Source: Macrostomum hystrix (taxonomy: Eukaryota; Animalia; Platyhelminthes). From it: a DNA stretch of 64,000 nt. The notes beneath the pieces were generated by a model. The model was not told where the DNA came from. It ran no database searches and saw nothing but the letters and a program-made list of their open reading frames with translations. Below are positions 1 through 10,789 of this stretch, in pieces. Numbering within the stretch: position 1 is the first letter of the stretch; every line of letters starts with the position of its first letter. The translations under genes were made by a program, and so were the position numbers. The stretch covers positions 12,524,001 through 12,588,000 of the forward strand of contig CATNEN010000039.1 of the NCBI GenBank assembly GCA_950097015.1, read 5' to 3'.

Positions 1-2469
1 GAGAAGAACAAGAACGGTTGCAGAAAGAGAGAGAAGAACAGGAGCGATTGCGGAAAGAGAGAGAAGAACAAGAGCGATTGCGGAAGGAGAGAGAAGAACA
101 AGAACGGTTGCAGAAAGAGAGAGAAGAACAAGAACGGTTGCAGAAAGAGAGAGAAGAACAAGAACGGTTGCAGAAAGAGAGAGAAGAACAAGAACGGTTA
201 CAGAAAGAGAGAGAAGAACAAGAACGGTTGCAGAAAGAGAGAGAAGAACAAGAACGGTTACAGAAGGAGAGAGAAGAACAAGAGCGATTGCGGAAGGAGA
301 GAGAAGAACAAGAGCGATTGCGGAAGGAGAGAGAAGAACAAGAGCGATTGCGGAAGGAGAGAGAAGAACAAGAACGGTTGCGGAAGGAGAGAGAAGAACA
401 AGAACGATTGCGGAAGGAGAGAGAAGAACAAGAACGGTTGCAGAAAGAGAGAGAAGAACAAGAACGGTTGCAGAAAGAGAGAGAAGAACAAGAACGGTTG
501 CGGATAGAGAGAGAAGAACAAGAACGGTTGCAGAAAGAGAGAGAAGAACAAGAACGGTTGCGGAAAGAGAGAGAAGAACAAGAACGGTTACGGAAAGAGA
601 GAGAAGAACAAGAGCGATTGCGGAAGGAGAGAGAAGAACAAGAACGGTTGCAGAAAGAGAGAGAAGAACAAGAACGGTTGCAGAAAGAGAGAGAAGAACA
701 AGAACGGTTGCAGAAAGAGAGAGAAGAACAAGAACGGTTGCAGAAAGAGAGAGAAGAACAAGAACGGTTGCAGAAAGAGAGAGAAGAACAAGAGCGATCG
801 CAGGAGAGAGAAGAACAAGAACGGTTGCAGAAAGAGAGAGAAGAACAAGAGCGATCGCAGGAGAGAGAAGAACAAGAACGGTTGCAGAAAGAGAGAGAAG
901 AAGAACAAGAACGATTATTTAATAATCGGCAATCAGGTTTGAATGCTGTTCAAAAGCAGAAATGTTTCTATGACCAAGGTAAATCTATTGTTTCAAGCAG
1001 AGCTGCCCAATTTGATTGCAACTCTTCCTTTTGCACCGTACCGGTGAAATGCTCTCACTGTGGCAGAGAACGGAACTATTCTGGTCGTATCGATGTTGTT
1101 CGCATAGAATGCGTATATCGTCTGTGCCTTCAAGCGACCTGTCTCAAATGTCGGAAGCCCTGGGAAGATGCACATGATTGCCAATCAAGCAAAGAAAATC
1201 TAAATAGTCGTATCTCTGGCTTATCCGAATACCAGACGCTCCTTCCTGAAAGCTTTTACAAATGTGCAGCGCACTCAGGATTTGTTTCGAAAAAAGATTT
1301 AAACTGTAACGAGCAGCTATTAAGAAAAGAAGAAAAAACTGAGCCATGGCGAAAGAGTAAAATGGAATCGCATCGACGAATTGATAAAACACAAGAGCGA
1401 CTGCAGAATGAGCGAGAAGAACAGGAGCGATTTCAGAAAGAGCGAGAAGAACAAGAACGACTGCAGAAAGAGCGAGAAGAACAAGAACGACTGCAGAAAG
1501 AGAGAGAAGAACAAGAACGACTGCAGAAAGAGAGAGAAGAACAAGAACGACTGCAGAAAGAGCGAGAAGAACAAGAACGACTGCAGAAAGAGCGAGAAGA
1601 ACAAGAACGACTGCAGAAAGGGCGAGAAGAACAAGAACGACTGCAGAAAGAGCGAGAAGAACAAGAACGACTGCAGAAAGAGAGAGAAGAACAAGAACGA
1701 CTGCAGAAAGAGAGAAGAACAAGAACGACTGCAGAAAGAGAGAGAAGAACAAGAACGGTTGCAGAAAGAGCGAGAAGAACAAGAGCGACTTCAGAAAGAG
1801 CAAGAAGAAGAACAAGAACTGTTGCAGAAAGAGAGAGAAGAACAAGAACGACTGCAGAAAGAGCGAGAAGAACAAGAACGACTGCAGAAAGAGCGAGAAG
1901 AACAAGAACGACTGCAGAAAGAGAGAGAAGAACAAGAACGACTGCAGAAAGAGCGAGAAGAACAAGAACGGTTGCAGAAAGAGCGAGAAGAACAAGAGCG
2001 ACTTCAGAAAGAGCAAGAAGAAGAACAAGAACTGTTGCAGAAAGAGCGAGAAGAACAAGAACGACTGCAGAAAGAGCGAGAAGAACAAGAACGACTGCAG
2101 AAAGAGAGAGAAGAACAAGAACGGTTGCAGAAAGAGAGGGAAGAACAAGAGCGATCGCAGAAAGAGAGAGAAGAAGAACAAGAACGATTATTTTATAATC
2201 GGCAATCAGGTTTGAATGCTGTACACAAGCAGAAATGTTTCTATGACCAAGGTAAATCTATTGTTTTAAGCAGAGCTGCCCAATTTGATTGCAACTCTTC
2301 CTTTTGCACCGTACCGGTGAAATGCTCTCACTGTGGCAGAGAACGGAACTATTCTGGTCGTATCGATGTTGTTCGCATAGAATGCGTATATCGTCTGTGC
2401 CTTCAAGCGACCTGTCTTAAATGTCGGAAGCCATGGGACGACGGGCATCGAGTTTCGTGCAGTGGATAA
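1..2469 (+). CDS. 5'-truncated protein: (EREEQERLQK)n charged helical repeat + IBR-like Zn module, duplicated in tandem; apparent 2-nt frameshift at ~1711
   Basis: 30-bp coding repeat. Module CSHC..C..C..CLKCRKPW..H..C occurs twice (~905-1185 and ~2175-2466), nearly identical. ORFs 18..2198 and 1381..2469 join if one missing AG at ~1711 is restored. Confidence 0.65.
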
Positions 2470-2725
2470 TTTTGTATTGCTATTTCGACTAATGATTATC
2501 AGTTTTATATAGAGTATATACGAGTATATAATATTTAACTGCCGATTGTAGTTATTGGTGCTTTCTGTAGAATTTTAAATCAGAACAAACCAATTATTCT
2601 TCATTTGCTTAGTTTATTTTTTATATGAAAAGTGTTTTGCTGATCTGAAGTTTGGCTAATGCTACGTACCTCTTCGTATGCTATACTCTAGTTCTTATCT
2701 ACATTCTGAATGCTACCGCCGAAAT

Positions 2726-2990
2726 CAGGCCACATGTACAGATGCAGCTGTTGCGCGGCGCATTTGAGGGCTGCGTACGGACTTTCAGTCCATAGAACTG
2801 GGGGGACGTCACACCCACTCTCAATTACTTCAGCTGGTGCTGGTACCCATTTAACAGCTGTGTAAACTGAAGCAAAGCAGATTTAGTGCCTTGCTTAATG
2901 GCACCAATTGTTCCAGTGGACTCCGAAAACGAATCCCCGATCTACAAGAGCGTCTAGAGTCGGACGCTCCAACTACTAGACTACAATCTC
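2726..2990 (-). mobile_element. tRNA-derived CORE-type SINE (family A)
   Basis: Reverse complement of the element at 63862-64000; contains GGTACCCATTTAACAGCTG..TGAAGCAA..GTGCCTTGCT core. Confidence 0.7.
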
Positions 2991-4249
2991 CTAAATTTTA
3001 ATCGATTGGCAAGAAACATTATTGATGACTTTAGAAATCCAAGGAACTTCTCAATAAAAATGCGTTAACCACCGGCCCCTTAGAAAGAGCAAGGCGAACG
3101 CACAAAGAATGGCAGCGAGCACAAAGCGGATGGCAGCGAGCCAGCAGGTCGAGGCGGGGAAAGCGACCCCAGTCAAGCGAGTGTATATTTGCAAGCAATG
3201 AATGGCAAATCCAAAGAAAAAATGAACGGTTAAGATTAACAAAAAAAAATTTGGCGCACGCGTGCAGGGGCAGCGAGATTGAACGGCAGGACAGACAGAG
3301 GGGCGGCTTAAAAACCCCGCGCGCGCGCACAGGCGGAGGAAGGGGTGGGGGGTTAACACACTTTACCCAGAGAGCCCGCAGAGCAGGCCCTGAGTAAAGT
3401 ACACAGTAGTCTCAACTCGACGCTCTTGTAGTGAGCCTTCTGGCATAAACTTTTAATTGGTCTCCAGCTTGCGTTTCTAGAGTAGCTCAGATTCGCAGCT
3501 TGTTGCTTCTAAAAGACGTTTTCAGATATTTTTCCGCCTTGCGTTTTTCGGGTGACATTTTTAAAGAGCTTGCAGCTTCAGAGTAGCTTCTGCAGATTTT
3601 TTTGTAAAACGGGCTAGTAATTACATGTTTTTATAAGGCCTAGATGTGATTTTTTGCGAGAAGTTACAAAACTTTTATTTCGCACCTAGATTTCAAGTTG
3701 TGCATAATGTAGGTGTGCTTTATAACCGAGTACCTTGCAGATAGAGTCTTTATTTTTCATCAGCTTTTAGCCTTGCGTCTCAAAGATAGACTTTGTTGGC
3801 GCCAGGTTTTACTACAAAGTATCGCATAATTTACTCCTGTCTGTTTTTGTTCGCAGTTTTCAATCCGTCTTCCCCTGACAACTTTATTCTGTTTCAGATA
3901 GTTTTTTATGACGTAATTTTTTGTTTTATCCTTTTTTTCAGCTCAATCTTCCCTTTCCAGATGTATTCTAGCTTTTGCTTGGTTTTAAAAAAATAAAAAT
4001 GTCGTTTTGACTTGCGCGCAAATTTAGACTTTCGTTTTTTCTTAACATTTGATAGAAAATTAAACATTCAGAAAATTAATCAGCACCTCTGTAGCACTAC
4101 AACGCAACCACTTTGGTTTTCTGAGCGGGTCAATTCAATACTACTCGTATTTATTCCTCATTTTATATTATTGAACCCAGTATTGATTTGCCAAAGAGTT
4201 TTATACAGAACAATGTTAGTTGTCCTTGTCACCAGGGTTCTTTGACAGG

Positions 4250-4455
4250 AGTCGCTGAATATCTAGACGATGCTGACGTCGGACGGCTTTGAAAGTCAGT
4301 TCATTGTAAAAAGTGGAAAATTTTGATTCAAATGGTGGAGTTTCACGAAAATCGGTCATTCGGTTTGGGTATCGTGAAGTAGGCATCGGGTATTTGAAAT
4401 ATCCCCGTGGTGTGTCCCCAGGGCAGAATATCCTGGTCTTTCTATTGTTAATACT
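4250..4455. repeat. Dispersed repeat family C
   Basis: CGGTCATTCGGTTTGGGTATCGTGAAGTAGGCA..GGGTATTTGAAATATCCCC recurs at ~10458-10555 and ~42420-42590; inverted pieces at ~41760-41920. Confidence 0.6.
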
Positions 4456-4532
4456 CGTAGTATCTATTGTAATAATATATTGTTTGATTAAAAATTTCAG
4501 CTCTTTCTGAACTGCCAAGATCAGACAGAATT

Positions 4533-6401
4533 ATGTCAGCCGGTCAGCATTGTCTCCAGTTGTGCAACTTCTGCGCCAGCCAGCCAGCCGCGTTCTCCTG
4601 CTCATCTGACGACTGTCGCGATCGTCAGCTGCTGTGCGAAGCCTGCGACATCGACTGGCACGGATGCACAGAAGAGCGACGGCGGCATCGAAGGCAGGTC
4701 AGCGAGATTCTAGTATTTGTGCGGCTAGATTGTCCTAAATGCCATTTGTCTCTAGCGTCATTTTGTCAGATGCCATTATCTCAAATTCCATTGTGTTAAC
4801 TGCTATAGTCTCTAGGACCATTATCTTCAGTGTCAGTATGTGAAATGCCATTGTCTCAAACTGAATTGTCGCAATGTCTCTGCTGTCTAACAATGAATCT
4901 AAGTCAGCAATTTAACTTTCAGATACACCTGGCAGAGGCGGCCATGGTCTCGTGGAGCTGCACCCACTGCACATTCTCCACCAACCAGCGGGTGTTAGTT
5001 GCAACAGATCTACCTCAAACTCTAATTTGCCAGCTGTGCGATGCTCATTGCGCAGAGATTCAAAGTGTTGGCGGTCTTCTCTGCTCAGTCAGAGTTGCCG
5101 GGCAGATCAGAAGTGACGCGGCTAAAATCGACCAACTGACTGCTCAGTTGAATGAGCTGAGACAGCAGCTGGCTGATAAGGAGGCTCAAGTGCAGAGAGC
5201 TGAGCTGGTTGCTGTTCAAGAGGCCGGTAGAAGGCTGGAGGCGCTGGCACTGCTGAAGAAGTCTGAGCAAGAAAACATCACGATTCTGGCAGATGTTGAC
5301 AAAGAGAGAACGCTGAAACAGGAAACAGAAGCTAGGGAGACAGCGTTGCAGCAGCAGAAACTGGAAGAGGCAAAGCTGAGACAGGAAGCTGAGAACAGGC
5401 AGAGAGGGTTGCATCAGCTTCAGCAACAGAAGCTGGCAGAGGCAAAGCTGAGACAGGAAGCAGAGAACAGGCAGAGAGGGTTGCATCAGCTTCAGCAGCA
5501 GAAACTGGAAGAGGCAAAGCTGAGACAGGAAGCTGAGAACAGGCAGAGAGGGTTGCATCAGCTTCAGCAGCAGAAACTGGAAGAGGCAAAGCTGAGACAG
5601 GAAGCAGAGAACAGGCAGAGGGTTGCATCGGATTGATTGGGATCTAGGGTTTCAGCAGATACGGGAACTGACTGAGCGTAAGCGGCTGGTGAGAGAAGCA
5701 GCGGAGCGGAGGATGCAAAAGAAAAAACGTTGAGCATAAGTGAGTAAGCTGGCCGAAGGTAGTAGAAGTAAGAACATGATGTGCGGAGGAGGCAGAATTA
5801 AGAAGATGCCAAGAATATGAAGAGAGGAAATTAGGGAAGTTGATCGATAGAAAATACGAGTATATGGAAGGCATGGAAAAGGTGCTGGACAACGTGATTG
5901 TCAGATTTTAGCAGATATCTGCAGTATCTGGAACTAACGTATATTCTGCTCGAGGTGAACGAGAGATTTCTACCCGACAGCAAAGGATACTTAAGTATGT
6001 ATCTGATGAAATGGCTATTACTGGATGCTAGGTCCTGGTGAAAGTTCACAGATAGTTACTGACCAACAGCGCAACTACCGATAGGCTGAGCATTTCCACA
6101 ATGTAGCAAATACATTGGCTGGTATAAACGAGACTTTCACCTCGGCGGAATATGATAATCTTACGAATTCGAAGACCATTCTGATTTCGAGTCAGCAAAC
6201 TCAGCTCGAGTTCAAGACAGCTCAAAATTTCAGTGTGCTCACTGCGCGAAAAATACAGCAATCAAGGGTCGTATTGTTGGCTTCCATTGCTTCTACTGCA
6301 GCAAGTACACCTGCAAGATGTGCGGTAGAGCCTGGAAAAATGATCATTGTGGAGAGTCTTGTTCAGAATTCGCAACTTGCCAGGCAGGGCCGCTTCCTTG
6401 A
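4533..6401 (+). CDS. HOIP/RNF31-like B-box + NZF-like finger + coiled coil + IBR; 3' part disrupted or unresolved (possible pseudogene)
   Basis: Exon 4533-4697 (CNFC..C..C..LCEACDIDWH..RRRHRRQ), GT-AG phase-0 intron, exon from 4923 (WSCTHCTFSTN..CQLC, then 63-bp coiled-coil repeats). A frame absent from the ORF track, ending at TGA 6399-6401, reads QCAHCAKNTAIKGRIVGFHCFYCSKYTCKMCGRAWKNDHCGESCSEF. Confidence 0.55.
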
Positions 6402-7559
6402 AAGCTTCTCCACCGCAGCATGTTGGCAGCGCCGCGCCTCGACATGCGAGTAAACAGTTGGCAGTGATCCTGTGCACCAGGTGCCGCAAAGTTTAGAAAT
6501 TCGTTTTTGTTTACGCTTGTATGTGTCTGCTTCTTTCGTCGGCAGCAGTGTTGAACTTTAGCCAACTATGTCGAATGCAGTCAATTTTATCTTTCCTTTT
6601 ATCGTTTGTAATTTTGCTGTACGAAGATTTTTCTATTCTTTCAGAGGCGTCGCTAACAATTTTATCGCGAGACATTGTAACTGCTTAATTCAGGACCACA
6701 CAATTATTATACAGTAAGGAACTGAAGCAAAAATTATGGATATGTGCAATTCGATTGAATCACTTTTGAAATCCGATTTTTTAGATTTTAATACTTTACC
6801 GCTCTTGCCCTTTATGATATGAACATAAAATATATATTTGTTGTTTTTTTACTTTTTAAATCACCTTTGCTTTTAAATGTTTTACTTTTCATATCTAGGT
6901 CAGATTTTTTTGTCAGCAATTGTTCTATTACTGAGATTAGGTCACCTAAAACAACAATTCGCATGCGGAAGTCTATGATTTAGATAATTTTTTTCAGTTT
7001 TAAAGCATTCATCTTTATGCTTCATCGTTTTATTTCTTAAAGCTTTTATTAAACTAATTAAGTTTTGTTCCAAGTCAGATTTTCTTTCGTAAAATATCAT
7101 AAACTTTATATATTACTTTGATAGTGCCTGTTTATCTGTTAATTTATTAAATGTACTGAAAAAATTATTATCAATTCCAGGCTGAAAATCACTTTTCCCA
7201 TGATTTTCCCAAGCTGAGACAAAGCTGAGCTGGGTCAGCTCGGATGCCAGTCGGATCGATGGGGCTGATTCAGAATCGGAGATATACAAATTTAAAAAAC
7301 TATAATGTTAGCAGCTGCCCAAGCAGCAAAAGTGGATCGGATGGTGACACAACAGGTAGACATAGCTCGCAACATCAGGCTCGGTCCCTCTATCGCCCAA
7401 CTGCTCATGGACGCTCAAAAAGTTTTATTCCTGTTACAGGATAAACAGTAAAAAAGTCTTGACAACAGCAGCAACGAATATGTCCGCTCTTAAGGTGCTA
7501 GGCGAAAAATTGCACAAAAGAAATCTAGGAGAAGAAAACAGTGTTTAACAAGCCAATAG

Positions 7560-8015
7560 AAAAGAGTCTAAATAGAAAGATAAAGCAACAAAATAACAAG
7601 AGGGCTGAAGCTGAAGGTCAGCAAAACAGTCGCAGTGCCTGAGTGAGGCAGAAGCTCTAAAGAAACTAAATAGCTTGTTGAAGAAATCAGAGATGCTTGA
7701 GACAGCATTAAAGTAGCAGATTGAGGAACAGAAGCTGGCAGAGGCAAAGCTGAGACAGGAAGCAGAGAACATGCAGAGAGAGTTGCAGCAGCAGCTGGAG
7801 CAACAAAGGCGTTTAGAGCCAGAGTGCCAGAGAGAATCTGCTGCAGTCCATTGTGACAGAGCAGGAGCGAGCTGAGAAGGAGCGAAAGAGCAGCAGGCGA
7901 GAATTGAGGAAGAGAAACTGATTGGCCGAGTTAAAAATTCGCTGACTTGCATGGCAGGGCTGCTTCCTTTAGCGGCGCTGTGCCTCGTCATTCGGGTAAA
8001 CAGCAGGCATTGATA
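7560..8015 (+). pseudogene. Degenerate paralogous piece of the coiled-coil exon of the 4533 gene
   Basis: CAGAAGCTGGCAGAGGCAAAGCTGAGACAGGAAGCAGAGAAC at ~7730 matches ~5430; in-frame stops nearby. Confidence 0.5.
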
Positions 8016-8711
8016 TTCAGATTAGATCAAGCAAATGGCAAGTGTCGCAACCGTGGAGCTGTTCTACGAGCTGTTCCTCGTACATCTACCGAGATCTTAC
8101 TAATACATTGAAAGAATGTTATTGTAAGGACATGTTAATAAGAATTTTAATAATAAGGACATTAAAAGAATGTCCTTATTATAAAAGTTAAGGCATTATT
8201 AGATTCTATCTTCAATATATATTTTTCAGGATAGAACTGAGTTCCCTTAAATAAAAATATGTGTTATTCAATTTTTAGTTCATGTATCCCATTTTTGTAT
8301 TCATAAATATAGAAAATTTGCTTGTATGTTTTGGCTTCTTTTGCCTTTACTTTGCTTACAATTAATAACAGAAAAAAAACTGCAGGACCCAGTACACAAA
8401 TAAGAGAGTATAGCAAACAAAATGACGGTAACAAAACGCTATATTTTTCGACATATTTTTACAATTAAAAGAAATACATATACCTCTTTTAGTGTTGCTT
8501 TTGCAATTGAAGTAAACGTATGATAGTGACTAAATGCGTTCTTCCTCGTTATATTACAGTCAACTAGGTAACTAATTAGTTAGATTACCTGACTAGACAA
8601 GGTAGCTACTATGAGTAAGTAGTTCAGTAGAGTTCTTGTTTTCCCAGGAATACCGCATCCATTATACATGAGCCACCCTTATCGCAATTTCATGAAGCCA
8701 TCGCACTGACT

Positions 8712-9644
8712 ATGAAGAAGAAGGTGCTGCTAATGGGCAAGTCTGGCTCCGGCAAGACCAGCATGCGTTCCATCATCTTTGCCAACTTCATCGCACGCGA
8801 CACCAGACGCCTGGGCGCCACCATTGATGTTGAGCACTCTCACGTTCGTTTCCTAGGCAACCTGGTGCTGAACCTGTGGGACTGCGGCGGCCAGGAGGCC
8901 TTCATGGAGAACTACTTTGCCAGCCAGCGAGAGAACATCTTCCGCAGCGTTGAGGTCATGATCTACGTGTTCGATGTTGAGAGCCGCGAGTTTGACAAAG
9001 ACCTGCACTATTACCAGAGCTGCTTGGAGGCCATCATGCAGAACAGCCCGCAGGCTAAGATCTTCTGCCTCATCCACAAGATGGACCTGGTGCCGGAGGA
9101 GCAGCGCGAGGAGCTATTCTCTCAACGCATGGAGGATCTGAAGACACTCAGCAAGCCGCTGCAGTGCCGCTGCTATGCCACCAGCATCTGGGACGAGACT
9201 CTGTACAAGGCCTGGTCCAACATCGTCTACATGCTTATTCCCAATGTCATACTTCTCGAGGACAATCTGCGCCAGTTCGGCGACATCATCGATGCCGACG
9301 AGGTGCTTTTGTTTGAGCGGGCCACCTTCCTGGTGATCTCGCATTGTCAGCGCAAGAATCATCGGGATCAGCACAGATTTGAGAAAATCAGCAACATCAT
9401 TAAACAGTTCAAGCTCAGCTGCTCCAAGGTGGCCGCTTCATTTCAGAGCATGCACGTCCAGAACCGTGCCTTTGGAGCCTTCATCGACCTGTTCACCGCC
9501 AACACCTACGTCATGGTGGTGGTGTCCGACCCCAGCGTCTGTCCGGCACTGACTATGCTCAACATTCGCAACGCCAGGAAGCACTTTGAAAGGTTGGAAC
9601 GGCCCGAGGACAGACCGTCAGCTCTTGGCAGGCCCTTGGCCTAG
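8712..9644 (+). CDS. RRAGA: Ras-related GTP-binding protein RagA/B (Gtr1 family), single coding exon
   Basis: [39 protein letters not shown] and [16 protein letters not shown] are hallmark RagA/B sequences. Confidence 0.97.
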   Translation: MKKKVLLMGKSGSGKTSMRSIIFANFIARDTRRLGATIDVEHSHVRFLGNLVLNLWDCGGQEAFMENYFASQRENIFRSVEVMIYVFDVESREFDKDLHYYQSCLEAIMQNSPQAKIFCLIHKMDLVPEEQREELFSQRMEDLKTLSKPLQCRCYATSIWDETLYKAWSNIVYMLIPNVILLEDNLRQFGDIIDADEVLLFERATFLVISHCQRKNHRDQHRFEKISNIIKQFKLSCSKVAASFQSMHVQNRAFGAFIDLFTANTYVMVVVSDPSVCPALTMLNIRNARKHFERLERPEDRPSALGRPLA

Positions 9645-10789
9645 TCCGAACTCCTCTTCCTCCGGATAAAATTTTTGGGGCGTTCAACTGCTTCAATGAA
9701 CTCTGATTTTTAATACGTGTTAACTTAACCTCCGATCTACGGTTCTAAGGTAACTGATCTGTGAGCACCCCATTATAAGTCTACGCCAATAATGATCCAT
9801 TGTTGCAGAATCTGCCTATTTTTTAAAGAGCATCTTTTGATGTTAAGTCTCTTTGCTCTGTCTTCTCGCATAGTAGTTAGCCTTATCGCAATCTGTTTTG
9901 TGAAGGAAATTCCTACAACTATTTAGTACCTTGGCTTCTTATTATTCAGTAAGATTATTCTCATATTGGCCTGCATGTGTATTGAGTAGCCTTCTGGCAC
10001 GATACCTGGCGAAACTGGAGCAGATTCCTTCACTGAAATAATTACTGGAACCAGCCCGCATGGCTGTTTCTTTAAATGACTAAATAAATAAGCATATAAA
10101 TAAACAAATACTTTTATGAACTGCTTCATTTTCTTGCTGTTGTTAAATAATTCTAGTTCTATTAATTAATTCAGTACTCTTAAAATCAACAAATAAATGA
10201 TTGTAAAATTATTGTGAATTATCATGTGTTTCGAGAATGGTTTTTATGAAATTTTAATTTGCAAATAAAAGCATATTCTCATCATGTATTTCCGCGCTAT
10301 AGTTAATAGTTGTTTGTTTCATCTCGTTAGTTGTTTTTATAGCCGAGACGTCGTGAGTTCGAATCTCAGTCCAGGTGAATCGATTTGTTATCTTGAGTAA
10401 GAAAAATGGGTGGCTAGGCGGTTGTGGTACCTTCCAGTCCACGGACTGAGCAGTCGTTCGGTCATTCGGTTTGGGTATCGTGAAGTAGGCAATGGGTATT
10501 TGAAATATCCCCATGGTCTGTCCCCACGGGGGTAATAGCGTGGTCATTCTACTGTTAAAATTCGTAAACTACTACTGCCGCTCAAAAATTCAGTAGCATT
10601 CGAAGCATATCTTTCTATTATATAATTCCAGACCAGTTGAACCAGTTACAACCAGATTTAAAGCCAACTCGACTACGACAAGCAGGCACAGCAGCGCAGA
10701 TTCTTATCGGTGAAAATCCAACCCTATTATCTCAGAGAGTTCGCGGTCTCCAGGCCTGCAGCAGCTCTCATCCTCCCACCAAGATCCCG

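Noticed and set aside
258-2181. Minus-strand Phe/Leu-rich membrane-like ORFs
   Set aside because: Antisense shadows of the EREEQERLQK repeat.
3031-3400. GC-rich segment with short minus-strand ORFs
   Set aside because: No recognisable protein, termini or RNA motif; left unassigned.
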